NCBI GenBank assembly: GCA_951406725.2
Contig: OX597817.1
Span: 77,500,001 to 77,564,000, forward strand
From: Octopus vulgaris
Lineage: Eukaryota
DNA: 64,000 bases
Direction: 5' to 3'
The notes under the pieces are model-generated. The model saw only the letters and a list, made by a program, of their open reading frames with translations. It searched no databases and had not been told where the DNA came from. The translations under genes were made by a program, and so were the position numbers. The first letter of the stretch is position 1; each line of letters begins with the position of its first letter. This document shows positions 29,883 through 43,397 of the stretch, in pieces.

Positions 29883-30022
29883 GAAAAAAGAGAGAAAACT
29901 GTAGTAAGAGGAATAGAGCAAACGATAGAAAGATCAAGTGATGAGTGGGGGTTGGTTATTAAAGAAGGGAGAGTGGAGGTTTTTTTAGTACAGGGAAGAT
30001 TAGGTAACATTTAAATAGATAT

Positions 30023-30094
<72 letters not shown>

Positions 30095-30505
30095 AAACAG
30101 AAAGTGAGAAACTGTGAGTGCAAGAAAGAGAGGGGATAAGAAAGAGAGAAGGAGAAGAAGGGGGAGAGAAATTAGAAGAGAATGTACGATCCGATGAGAA
30201 CGTTAAAAGTTTCCAAGAAGAAGATGGCAAATAGTTTATATATATAAAAAAAACTGAAGTGTAAGAATAGTTGGTAACGGGTGATGGATGTAAAAGAAAG
30301 GTGTGAGAAAGTGTAACGTGCAAAGGGGCTGAAGAGAGAAATAATAGAAAGAAAACAAAAAGAGGATAAGAAAAACAAGAAAGGAAAAAATTATGGAAAA
30401 GAAAATAGGTAAATTGGTGTAAGACGGGAAAGAAAGAATATTTCAGTATGAAAACACACAACTATACTTGCTTCCAGTTCCTGTGTATATATATAATATT
30501 ATATA

Positions 30506-30541
<36 letters not shown>

Positions 30542-30968
30542 TGTATGTATGTATGTATGTATGTATGTATGTATGTATGTATGTATGTATGTATATAGAA
30601 GGCAGACATGACTGTGTGGTCATGAAGTCTGCTTCACAACCACTTTGTTCCATGCTTAATCCCATAGCACCGCGCTTTAGGCAAGGGCCTTCTGCCAAGC
30701 CCATGCGCAGACCAATGAATATAGCAGAGGGAAACTGTGTGGAAGCCCGACCTATATATATATATATATGTGTGTGTGTGCGGGCATGCACGCGTGCGCA
30801 TGTCTTTGTGCTTGTCGTTCCACCCCGCTTGACGACTAGTGTCAGTTTGTTTTCCGTAATCTAGGATGTTCAGCAAGAAAGCTCGCTAGAGTAGGTGCCA
30901 GACTTAAAAACTAAACCTTAAAAGAAGTACTATTGTCCACACACACACACACATACTCACACACAGAG

Positions 30969-31033
<65 letters not shown>

Positions 31034-31918
31034 TGTATGTATGTATGTATGTATGTACACCCACACTCAAGAGAATAATGAGTGATTACTGAATTGATAA
31101 CGAGTATATAGTTGATCGATCATATGAACTGCATATTCAGTGAAAAAGCGTATAAGTGGCTGAGTATCTCACGGACATATATGTGTACACTTAATGTAAT
31201 CCTCTGCCACGGTTGGGCCTTCGAATTAACAATCATTCAACGGGCTTCCATACAGTTTGCAGCAATTCTAAATTCCACTCGCAAAGCTTGGGATGAACCG
31301 AGACCTTGGTAAATGACACTGAACTGAAGAAAATTAAGATGTCAAGACGTTCATACATTTCCTTATATTATAGCTTGTCCAATATTTTTACAAATCTTCC
31401 ATTGGAATACTACAAAATATTTCTTTAAAGAAATTTTTTTTAACAAACAATATTTACTTTAATCGAAGCGTTTCTTAAAATCTGTTTTATTGCCCCAAAT
31501 TTTTCTGCTTAGAAAATCTTACAATGACCAAAACCATGTTTTGGTTTAAAATTTAATATTGTCAACTATCGTTTTCCATTTTTACCTTCAATGCTTTTTC
31601 AATAAATATTCAAAGAATTTTCAAAAGCCCCAATTTCAAATTAAAAGACTTTCAATGATCCTAAGCTATTTTGTCTTTTCAAAGATCTTTCTATAGTCCA
31701 GATTTTTATTTTCTCAAAACCAGCGGTGAGAGCACTCACATCTTCCGCACCACATGTGAAAGCAATTCAATTTACGATTACAGAACAACGAAACACTCGT
31801 CACTCTAAAACTGTGTATTGCAACAGAAAAAGTTATATTCCTTTGTTGTGGCAATCAAGAAGTTCCCGTATTAGCTATGTTTAATTAAAAAAAAAAAACT
31901 AATTCAACTTATTCACTT

Positions 31919-32305
31919 AGGCGCAGGAGTGGCTGTGTGGTAAGTAGCTTGCTTACCAACCACTTTGTTCTGGGTTCAGTCCCACTGCGTGGCACCTTAC
32001 GCAAGTGTCTTCTACTATAGCCTTGGGCCGACCAAAGCCTTGTGAGTGGATTTGGTGCACGGAAACTGAAAGAAGCCCGTCGTATATATGTATATATGTA
32101 TGTGTGTCTATATGTTTGTGTGTCTGTGTTTGCCCCCCCCCCCCCCCCAACATCGCTTGACAACCGATGCTGGTGTGTTTACGTCCCAGATAGAATAAGT
32201 AGTAGGCTTACAAAGAATAAGTCCTTGGGTCGATTTGCTCGACTAAAGGCGGTGCTCCAGCATGCCCACAGTCAGATGACTGAAACAAGTAAAAGTGTAA
32301 AAGAG
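31919..32305 (+). mobile_element. SINE-A, near full length
   Basis: Closely matches the copy at 16782. Confidence 0.9.
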
Positions 32306-32319
32306 TCACCTAATTTTAA

Positions 32320-32600
32320 CATTATCTCCTTTTAAATAGTCACCTTGCGCAGCAATACACCTGTCCCAGCGTTCCTGCCACTTTTGAAATCCGGCCTGGA
32401 AGTCACTTTCTGTAAGCGGGGCGAGGACCTTCTGCGAGTCGCTTTGGACAACATGTATTAAAACGATGACCTTTGAGCTGCATTTTCATCCGGTGCTAAA
32501 TCAGGTGCTAAATCAGGTGAACAGGGCAACTGCGGAAGTAATACCATGTTGTTTTTGGCGAGAAACTCACGAGTGAGAAGAGCTCGGTGACAGGATGCAT
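32320..32600 (-). pseudogene. mariner transposase C-terminal fragment (degenerate)
   Basis: Minus strand encodes HRALLTREFLAKNNMVLLPQLPCSPDLAP and LTESDFQAGFQKWQERWDRCIAAQGDY. These match the mariner (Y)SPDLAP and W..C....GDY motifs. Confidence 0.88.
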
Positions 32601-32864
32601 AACATAAATAGTAGTGTTGAAAGTTTAGATCATAAACTTTATAGGACATAAACTATAGACTCTTTGATTAAGTTGTCCAACTGACAAATAGACGTTTACA
32701 AATTTTTGAAAAAATTATCGCCCATTGAAAAAGCATTGAAGACAAAAAAGCAACTGTAATTGAGCTTTGGAACATAAAAAAGTTTGGTTATCGAAAGGAT
32801 TTGGTGGTGGGAGAAAGTATAGTTTTGAGTATTAAAACAGATTTTTAAAATGGCCCCCAGTATA

Positions 32865-33885
32865 TTGGTTTAAAATTTTAGCACAAGGCCAGCAATTTTA
32901 AGTCGATTACATCGACCTCAGAGCTCAACTAGCCCTTATTTTATCGACATGAAAGGATGAAAGCCACATTGGACCTCAACGGAATTTGAACTCGGAGCGT
33001 AAACACAGACGAAAAGCCGCTAAATTTTCTGTCAACCAATATATTGGTTTCAAATTTTGGCAGAAGGCCAGCAACTTTGGTGGTGGTAGTGGTGGGGGGG
33101 GGGGAGTCGATTACATCGACCCTACTGCTCAACTGGTACTTATTTTATCGACACCGAAAGGATTAAAAGCAAAATGGTGTTCGGCGGAATTTGAACTCAG
33201 AACGTACAGGCGGACGAAATTCAGCAGAGCATTCTGCCAGCTAAGGTCCTAATATATATTATCTGATAATCACGTCTGTGAAATACATAAGCTGAGAGAG
33301 AAATCTGGATTGGACACCAGAGTAGTGTAGATCGATATTGAACTTGGCTAACAATGAACTCGTCAATCTGCAGAATTGATTATGAAGCCAAAACAAATCT
33401 GGGAAAATACAAAAGTACACTTGGATATCCAGAGTAAACGAAACCAGGATATAAAAGCATAAAAGTCATTTAATGTCATTATAACGGATTTCTGTTGTTT
33501 TATTTTTAATTAATGAAAAGTTTAAGTTGTTGAAGTTATTTCACCAGCATTTTATAAAAAATAGGTTTGGAAGTTATTGCAAAGTTCGTTGTTTTAGCAT
33601 TAGTCGACCTTGGCGGAATTTGAACTCAGAACATAAAGACAGACGAAATACCTATTTCTTTACTATCCACAAGGGGCTAAACACAGAAGGGACAAACAAG
33701 AACAGACAAACGGATTAAGTCGATTATATCGACCCCAGTGCGTAACTGGTACTTAATTTATCGACCCCGAAAGGATGAAAGGCAAAGTCGACCTCGGCGG
33801 AATTTGAACTCAGAACGTAGCGGCAGACGAAATACCGCTAAGCATTTCGCCCGGCGTGCTGACGTTTCTGCCAGCTCGTCGCCTT
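32865..33885 (-). mobile_element. Run of SINE-B copies
   Basis: Copies at about 32865-33020, 33045-33240 and 33602-33885. Confidence 0.85.
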
Positions 33886-34310
33886 ATGTGTAAGAAATAT
33901 TGTTAATGAAATACGCGTACCAGTGTGTAAGATAAACAGAACAGAAAAAATGTCCCCCATCCTTGTTTTCTACATCTACTTTGTGTTCAAAATAACGGAA
34001 TGCGCATTGGGACAACTCAATGCTAATTACACACACTCACACACACACACACACTTAGAATCCTGAGCTTTCGAGTTCTGTGTGTAACAGGTTAAAAAGA
34101 GGTGAAAATATTAGGACAGTGTTACTCATGAATCAGAGGTCTTTGAGTACATTCTTGAGCGCCTCATTCTTCAAAACAATACATATTCATACATACATGC
34201 GTATGTATGTATGTATGTATGTATGTATGTATGTATGTATGTATGTATGTATGTATGTATGTATGTACGTACGTACGTGTTTGTACGTATATATGTATGC
34301 ATGTATAGAT

Positions 34311-34378
34311 TTTGTGTGGATGAATGTGTCTATATGCATATACATATATATGCATATAGACACATTCATCCACACAAA
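34311..34378. repeat. Perfect inverted repeat, 32-bp arms, 4-nt spacer
   Basis: TTTGTGTGGATGAATGTGTCTATATGCATATA-cata-TATATGCATATAGACACATTCATCCACACAAA. Confidence 0.95.
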
Positions 34379-34778
34379 CACAATCTCTTTCTGTCTCTCT
34401 CTCTCTCTCTCATACACACACATGCAGATACATTTACATAGGTATCTATGGGTATGTGTGTTTATGCGTGCGTGCAGATGGGCGTTTGTGTGTTTATACG
34501 TAGGCATTCCCATATCTGTCTGTAAGCAATAGATATACAGATGTATAGCTATCTATACATATATATATATATATATTATCTATACATACAAACATACATT
34601 TTTTATCTATACATACATAAATAATAAATGAATGCTCGAAATGAGGAGTAGATAGACAGCCGACAACTGATGAAGGGTCCTTTCTCTGTGTCCTCTCCCG
34701 TTTTCCATCTTTTTCTCGTTGTTTACGTATTTCAAGTTATTTGCATCGTTGGTGACGTCCTGTACCCATATATGCAGG

Positions 34779-34846
<68 letters not shown>

Positions 34847-35105
34847 AATTTAAATTAAAATAACAAGGGTGAAAAATTGAATATTAATTTGATTAATATC
34901 AATTTAAAACCAGTGGTCTAGCATATTGAAAAATCTGAAGATTCAGAAAAATTATATTACATACGTTCCTGGCGTTTGCTAAATTTTCTTGGGAACAATC
35001 CTTTCTTAGTGGTATGACCATAGGGGGTCAACTTCTAGCATAATGGATGTTCACTTAGTGGTCATCCCTCTTATATGTGTGTATGTGAGTGTATGTGTGT
35101 GTGTT

Positions 35106-35145
<40 letters not shown>

Positions 35146-35232
35146 TACATAATTTATTATTTATTTAATTGAACACGATGCATCCATTTCTGAGTAAGTT
35201 TTTATGTATGTATGTATGTAAGTATGCACTCA

Positions 35233-35290
<58 letters not shown>

Positions 35291-35780
35291 TACATACTAT
35301 ACATACATACATACATACATACATACATACATACATACATACATACATACATTTGGAATGTTGCCAAGCTCACAATTATATATATTTCGCATGTTTCTAC
35401 CAGTTCGATGGTCAAAAGGCCATCGTTACAAAATACTGAATTTCCAATCACCATAGTGCCGTGTATTGTAGCAGAAACAAAAAACAAAAAAAAAAAACAA
35501 GGAAACAAAAACAAAAACAAAAAAAAAGACAAAACAAAAAGCAAAGAACAAAACGAAGTAACAAGTAAAAACAAACAAACCTTTTAGATATGTACATATA
35601 TTAGTAGCAACACATAATAAATATCTTTAATATAGATAGAAGTTCACATACACACACACACACAAACGTTTCATGAATATGTATTTGAGTTCGTGTGTGT
35701 AAGTGTGTATGTATGTGTGATTCTGTGATCGTGCGTGTATGTATTGCACTTAGCTTACAAATATATGTATGCGTGTACGT

Positions 35781-35832
<52 letters not shown>

Positions 35833-35924
35833 AAACGGAGAGAGTTAAACAGTGCGTGTGTCATAGGCAGAAAGTGCGTTCCTAGTTCTGTTCTTGCGTG
35901 TGTGTATGTTGGTGAGTGTTTCTC

Positions 35925-35955
<31 letters not shown>

Positions 35956-36075
35956 GCTTAAACAAATATATATTCATGGTTTTCAGTTGCATATAAACAA
36001 AGTCCTAATACACTAATTAACATGATCACACTAACTAACTCACTTTATTGGAGCGTGCGATTATCTATCTTATCT

Positions 36076-36173
<98 letters not shown>

Positions 36174-36902
36174 GTCTGTCTGTCTATCTATCTATCTGTA
36201 TATTTGTGTGTGTGTGTATACACACATGCATATTTTATACATTCATACAAACATACACCCAAACACACCCCCAAACACACACACACACACACACACACAG
36301 TCACATGTGTGTTTATGTGTGTTTATTCTACTCGTTTATGCATATATTTAAGTATCTTGTCCACTGGCGATAGGGACAACTGCTGTGCTGATGACGTCCA
36401 TTGAGATAGAAACGCGTATCCCTAGTTGTGGTCTTGTCTTCAACATAATCAAACCACCTTCTGCCAATTATCTCCCGTTCGCATTATAACTGGTCCTGAT
36501 TCCCACCAACCAATCGCTATATCTTGTCATGAAGTGGAGATAATTTCACAAAACAAGAATTCATTCTGCGTGTTATTCAATATATCTTTATTCGTATTTG
36601 TGGTTTTAGTCATTGGACTGCGGACTGCGGCCATGTCAAAGTAGGGGTTCAGTCAAATATATCGTAACTAGTACATATATTTTACGTCTGGTATTTTTTT
36701 TTCTAACGTACCCTTTTGCCAAGCCGTTAATTTATGTGGACGTAGACAAAACAGCATAGTTTGTCCAGCGATGATGGTGTTATGGGACAGACACAAACAC
36801 ACACACACATATGTATATACACATACACACAATAGGATTCTTCCAGCTTTCATCTACCAAATTCGCACACAAGACATTAGTCGAACCGGTGGTATTGTAG
36901 AG

Positions 36903-37535
36903 CAGTGCTACTCAAAGTGGTGGTCCGCGGACCGGTGTCGGTACGCGGCGAGTTTCCAGACAAGAAAACGTTATAAAATGTTTATAAAATGCTTATTTAA
37001 TACTCTTTTACTTGTTTCAGCCATTTGGCTGCGGCCATGCTGGATCACCACCTTTAGTCGAGCAAATCGACCCCAGGATTTATTCTTTGTAAGCCTAGCA
37101 CTTATTCTACTTATTCTATCGGTCTCTTTTGCCGAACCGCTAAGTTACAGGGACACACAAACACACATATATACATACATATACATATATACATATATAT
37201 ATATATATACATATATACGACGGGCTTCTTTCAGTTTCCTTCTACCAAATCCACTCACAAGGCTTTGGTCGGCCCGAGGCTATAGTAGAAGACACTTGCC
37301 CAAGGTGCCACACAGTGGGACTGAAACCCAAGCTACTTACCGCACAGCCACTCCCGCGTCTATGTATTATTTGCTTACAAAATAAATACAAAAACTGTCA
37401 ACTTGTATTATATTCTTTATATATATTGCTTCCGGTATAAATTAATATTACTAAGAAATATTACCGGTCCCTGGCACATTGGGAGAAAAAAAAAAATCTG
37501 CCGGTACGCCACATCAGATAGTTTGAGAAGCATTG
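36903..37535. mobile_element. hAT (Charlie-like) MITE with 8-bp TSD
   Basis: TIRs CAGTGCTACTCAAA and TTTGAGAAGCATTG. TSD TTGTAGAG at 36895-36902 and 37536-37543. Confidence 0.9.
37003..37361 (-). mobile_element. SINE-A inserted inside the hAT MITE
   Basis: Both SINE halves lie between the two TIRs. Confidence 0.88.
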
Positions 37536-37734
37536 TTGTAGAGAACATTTCCCAAAGTTGCTGCGCAGTGGGACTGACTGGACCTGACACTCCGTAACTT
37601 AGCGGTTCAGTAAAATGAAACTGTACAAAACTTTAAAAAATGTACTGGGGGCGATTTATTTAGCTAAACCCTTCCTGATGGAGCCCTAGCATGACCGCAG
37701 TCTATAACTGAAATATGCAAAATATTAAGCGTAT

Positions 37735-37800
<66 letters not shown>

Positions 37801-37821
37801 ATGTGCGTGTGTGTGTGTGCA

Positions 37822-37866
<45 letters not shown>

Positions 37867-38553
37867 TTGCTTGTTCCTCATCACTGCTAAGTAACCAGTG
37901 TTGATTTATCAACATCGTTAAGTAGCGCTTCAGCAAAACGAGATAGATAAAATAAATACCAAACATATAAATAAGAACTGCTGGAGTCGATATGCTGGAA
38001 CTAAAACCTTTTAGGACGGTGCCCCAGCATGACCGTTGTCCAATAAATGAAAGAGGTAAATAAAATAAAAGAGGTGTGTGAGAGTGTGAGAGTGTGTGCG
38101 CGCACGAGTGCGGGGGAGAGGGCGCGCATTTACACAAACACAGCATAAGTGAGGGTGGAAAAAAGCAAGCCAGAGAGAAAGAGAGAAATAGAGAGGAGAA
38201 GAGGGAGAGAGAGAGAAATAAACAAAGACACAGAGAGATAGGAAGGAGTGAGAGAGAGAGAAAGCGAAAGAGCGAGACAGGGAGAGCAAAAGAGAGCAAA
38301 GTATCCGTTTTAATAAGTTTTAAAACGCCGTTACTCTGACTTCCATTGTTTCCCCTGAACTTCAACTATATAAATCTCATCATGTGTTCTGACGATCGTG
38401 ACATGGAATATGGGCTTGGAATATTTTCACTGAAGGCTATATTAATCAAAAGCCTTTTCAAAACACTGCTGACAATGAACGATGTGTTATTAATTCATAA
38501 GGTTATTAAACAGAAACCACATCGCTGTTTTCTATGCATGAATATATATACAT

Positions 38554-38677
<124 letters not shown>

Positions 38678-38908
38678 GTAGATAGATAGATAGATATGTA
38701 TATGTATGTATGTATATATATGTGTGTGTATATATACATACACACACACATATATATGCATACATACATATGTGTATATATAGACAAATATATTATATAT
38801 ATATATATATATATATACATATGTGTATATATAGACACATATATATATATAATATATATATATATAATGAGATAGGGGTTGAGAATTCAATCCCACCTAA
38901 TTTTGTAG

Positions 38909-38942
<34 letters not shown>

Positions 38943-39057
38943 CATATATAGGTATGTTTGTATATATATACATACATATACATTCTTTTATTTTTTATAT
39001 GTTTCAGCCTTGCGGCTGCGGCCATGCTGGGGCACCGACAGTGTTATCACTTTTTAA

Positions 39058-39660
39058 TTGGCCAATTCTATGTGTTTGGCTTTTGGTGATGGAGTGAGTT
39101 CGATACCGCTGCCCTCTTTTGAGTTTCCTGCCTTGATATTAGTTCGTCTGGGATCTTGGATAGCAAGAGGTCAAGCTGTTTCTTGGAAACACTTCCTCCC
39201 ACTCCATGGAGATCCCTCAGATGTTTTGGCAAGCAAGGAGTTAAATAGCTGTGGGCCCTTGAATCTCAAGCTTTTGCAGTACATGTTCCTCGCCCTAGAT
39301 GAGACAGCTGGGACTTTTGGAACAGTGCAGTGACGTCCATTTCCAGGTCTGGTATAACTCTCAATTCCAAAGTTTGGTGCCAGCCCCTCCAGTATTTTCC
39401 ACACATACATCACTGCATACCCCCCTCGTCTTCGCTCCAGGGAGTAGAATCGTAGCTCTTTCAGTCTCACCTAGTAGCTCAGCTATTCCATTGATGCAAT
39501 TTTCCTTGTGTAATATCGCTGAACCGCCTCAAGTTCTGCTATCAATCCTACAGTTTAAAAAGACTACAGTTCAGAGCAGTAGTCCAGACGGCTGAGGACA
39601 AATGTCCTCCATAGGAATGGCATAGTTTCCTAGCCCCTTGTTCTGAAGGTTCTCAGAACC
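39058..39660 (-). pseudogene. LINE (CR1/L2-group) ORF2 C-terminal fragment
   Basis: RLKELRFYSLERRRGGYAVMYVWKILEGL matches the conserved RL..L.L.SLE.RR.....I..(W/Y)KI..G motif downstream of the RT domain. Stops and frameshifts are present. Confidence 0.8.
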
Positions 39661-39690
39661 CACATGTATATCTTATACAAAAAAAAAAAA

Positions 39691-39734
<44 letters not shown>

Positions 39735-39891
39735 CTATGTGTATGTCTTTGCGACTGTTTGTCTCCCATCACCACTTGACAACCCGTGTTGTTGTGTTTA
39801 CGTCCCCGTAACTTAGCGGTTCGGCAAAGGAGACCGATAGATTAAGTACTAGGCTTACGATAAATAAAAGAATATATATATATATATATAC

Positions 39892-40231
39892 GTCGGAGAC
39901 CCCCTTCGGTCACGAAGGGCCATGGGATTGCACCTAGAAAGTTACCCTCCGAAGGACAAGTCCGGGCAAAGTTGTTTATGGAAGACCAGCAGTCGTCTAT
40001 GCATACCAGCCTCCCCTCTGCATCACACCGATGTTTTCCAAAGGAAAAGCAAAGGCCGATACAGCTTGGCACCTGTGACATCACAACTCATTTCTACAAC
40101 TGAGTGAACTGAAATAAAGTGCGACGTGAAATAAAGTGTCTTGCTCAAGGACACAACACGCAGCCCGCTCCGGGATTCGAAACCTCACGGTCGTAAGTTC
40201 GACGCTCTAACCACTGAGCCATGAGCCTTCA
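39892..40231 (-). mobile_element. SINE with tRNA head, CORE-like domain and tail E
   Basis: Head TGGCTCAGTGGTTAG..GTTTCGAATCCC, then TTGTGTCCTTGAGCAAGACAC. The tail is shared with 56990-57185. Confidence 0.85.
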
Positions 40232-40453
40232 TGTATATACATATGTATATGTTATTTAATCTTTTACTTGTTTCGGTCATTAGAACGTATGTATATATAT
40301 GGGGAGAGAGAGGGTGTAGAATCTACTCTGTAGATGATAGAAAATTAAAGTAGTCAAAATATTGAAAAGGTGGAAAGAAAGAAAGAGCAACTGGAGGAAA
40401 AGAGAGATGAGTAAACGATGGTAAAAGATTCGAGTAGATGGAAGTTAAGGGGA

Positions 40454-40488
<35 letters not shown>

Positions 40489-42606
40489 AAGAGAGAGAAA
40501 TGAGCGAGAATGGAAGAACAGACGATATAGAAACATAGAAGCAAAAAAAAAAAAAAAGAAACAGATTAAGAAGGAATGATAGAAAAGAGAAAAAAAAGGA
40601 AAAACTGTAAATGAAAAGAAAAATGTAGAAAATGTTGAAAGAAAGAATGGGTAAGAGAAAAGACAAGAAAAGAAAAAAAAAAATGATAGGAAGAAAGAAA
40701 GAAAGAATGAATGAATGAATGAATGAAAAAGAAGGAAAAGAAAAAAGACAGAAAAGTTGAACGATAGAAAATGGATGAACGATAAAAGAGAATTACAGAT
40801 AAAATAAAAGAAAGCAAAAAGCAATGATATTGATGGAAAGAGAAAAGCGACGGACATTATTAAAACGACACTGAATGAATATATAAATAAAATGGGAACG
40901 AAACGATGGAGGAAGGCAGAAAGACTGAAAGAAAGAGAAAACCGAAAGAATGAAAGAAAGAGAGAACTGGAAAAATAATGCGTGTAAAAGAATGGTGCCA
41001 AAAGTAAAGAAAACAACAGACACACAACTGTTCTTGCAAGCGAAAACGATAATGATGATGATGATAATGGCAGTGTGTAATGGTGTAGTGGTGGCGGTGG
41101 CAGTGGTGTTAGATGACGAAGAATTAGAAGTGGAAGAATTAATTAGTAGTAGTAGTGGTAGAAGTAGGTGGTGGTGGTGGTGGTGGTAGAGGAGGAGGAG
41201 GAGGAGAACACAGCATCAACGACTAGAAGAAGAAGAAGAAGAAGAAGAAGAAGAAAAAGAAGAAGAAGAAGAAAAAGAAGAAGAAACGGTTGGTGATAGC
41301 GATAGTGGTGATGGTGGTATGGAGATGTCAAATATATAGAAAGAAAACAAAAAGAGAAAGGAAGAAAGAAACAATGAAAGGAGAGAATGAGGGGGAAAAG
41401 AAAGGAAGGAAGACAGAAAAAAAGAAAGAAAGAAAGAGAATGCCGGAGAAAAAGAAAGAATGAAAGAAAGATTATAAGAAGTTTAGTAAAAAAATGGTAG
41501 CGATATGTATATGCAATATGACACCAGCGAAGCATCTTCTTTCACGTACTATAACGTACTATAATAATATATTCAAACTTTTCTTAAGTTCTATGTCGTC
41601 TGCTTCTTGCTTGGTTTTTACTTGCCTTCAGCTCTCATGGCGCTTTCCATCACTTCCCATCCACTTCTTCTCTCACACTCTATCTCTATCACTGGCTGCT
41701 TCTGTCTGTCCCGATAAGAAAACTTCAGCTTTCGTATATGTAGTTTTGGTAACTTTCTCATTTATACTAACTAGTACACGGTACTACTATAAGACAAGGA
41801 GAAGAGAACGAGAAAGAGGATATTTTACTCAAAGAAACTTTGTTACTTTCTCTTCTTTCTTTCTTTGTTTTTCTTACATATTTTTTTTTTGCTTTCAATT
41901 TTTTTCTTGAGTATGATTCATGTATCGTATCGTACTCTCTTCTGTTATCTCCCTATCTTTCTTTCATTTTTTTCTTCTTTTCTTACTGTTTTTCTTCATC
42001 TCTTTCACTTATTTCCCCCCTCTATTCTTTCTTTCGTCCATTTTTTTCGAAATCCTCTTCTTTCTTTTCTTCAATCGCCTGTTCATTCTTTTCACCCTTC
42101 TTTCTCATTTCTTTATTTCAATCATTCTATACATTCTTTTTCTTACTTTTCCTTCTTCCTTCTTTTCTTTTCTCTCCTCTCTCTTTCTGCTGTTTCTTTC
42201 TCTCACTCGCCCCCTCACTCACTTTACTCACTTCTCCAGGTCAAATCAGTCACCTTCATGTTTTCTATATTACATCTCTCGTTCACTTTTCTTTTTACCC
42301 CAAACATCACTCAACACATTTCAATCAATCTAACTTATTTTCTCTTCATCAATTCTCCTCTCATTCTCCATTCGCTCTGTTTTGATTCACTCACATCAAA
42401 CACGTTTTCTCTTTATCTCTCTCTCTCTCTCTCTCTCTTCCCCACTCTTTACTCGACCTATTTACTCTCTTTCTCTCCCTGTCTTTCTCATTCATCTCCC
42501 TCCTCAATTCTATATTCACCCACTTTTCACGTCTATATTACTCCTCACGTTTTTTTCCTCTCATTGTCATTCCAATTTTCCACGTTCATTTTCTCCATCG
42601 TTTCTC

Positions 42607-43027
42607 TCCTCCTCCTCCTCCTCCTCCTCTCTTCTTCTTCTTCTTCTTCTTCTTCATCATCTTCATCTTCATCATCTTCTTCCTCTTCTTCTTCTTCTTC
42701 CTCCTCATCTTCTTCTTCTTCCTCCTCATCTTCTTCTTCTTCCTCATCATCATCTTCTTCCTCCTCATCTTCTTCTTCTTCTTCTTCTTCTTCTTCCTCC
42801 TCATCTTCTTCTTCTTCCTCCTCATCTTCTTCTTCTTCCTCCTCATCTTCTTCTTCTTCCTCCTCATCTTCTTCTTCTTCCTCCTCATCTTCTTCTTCTT
42901 CTTCTTCTGCCTCCTCATCTTCTTCTTCTTCCTCCTCATCATCTTCTTCTTCTTCCTCCTCCTCATCTTCTTCTTCTTCCTCCTCCTCCTCCTCCTCCTC
43001 CTCTTCTTCTTCTTCTTCTTCTTCTTC
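42607..43027. repeat. Polypyrimidine compound triplet repeat with a 21-nt higher-order unit
   Basis: Repeated CCTCCTCATCTTCTTCTTCTT units. Confidence 0.92.
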
Positions 43028-43289
43028 TCTTTCTCTCAACCTCGGTCTCTGTCAGTCGGTCTGCGTCTCCGCTTCTCTCTCCTTACATAGTCTCTCTCTC
43101 TCTCTCTCTATTTCCCCTCTCCTTACTCCCCCCTCTCACTTTCTCTTCCTGTCCATATTAATCTTTTTTACGTTCTAGCTTTTAGTTAACACTCCAGTTA
43201 CACTCACTTTCTCATTCGATGTGTCCTTTCTTCGCTCTTTTCTTCATAACCTACTGCGACTCTACTATTGCCATAACGAACTACTACTA

Positions 43290-43362
43290 CTTTCACTGGC
43301 GCCACAGCTACCACCACCACCACCACCATCATCATCACTTACATTGCTAATGATACATTAGG

Positions 43363-43397
<35 letters not shown>

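Noticed and set aside
36771-37385. Recurrent peptide [24 protein letters not shown] in many ORFs
   Set aside because: It is an antisense translation of SINE-A, not a gene family.
41865-43178. Longest ORFs (437 aa poly-Ser/Phe, 259 aa Leu/Pro/His, 164 aa poly-Glu)
   Set aside because: They are open only because pyrimidine-rich and triplet-repeat DNA lacks stop codons. They are open in several frames at once and show no domain.
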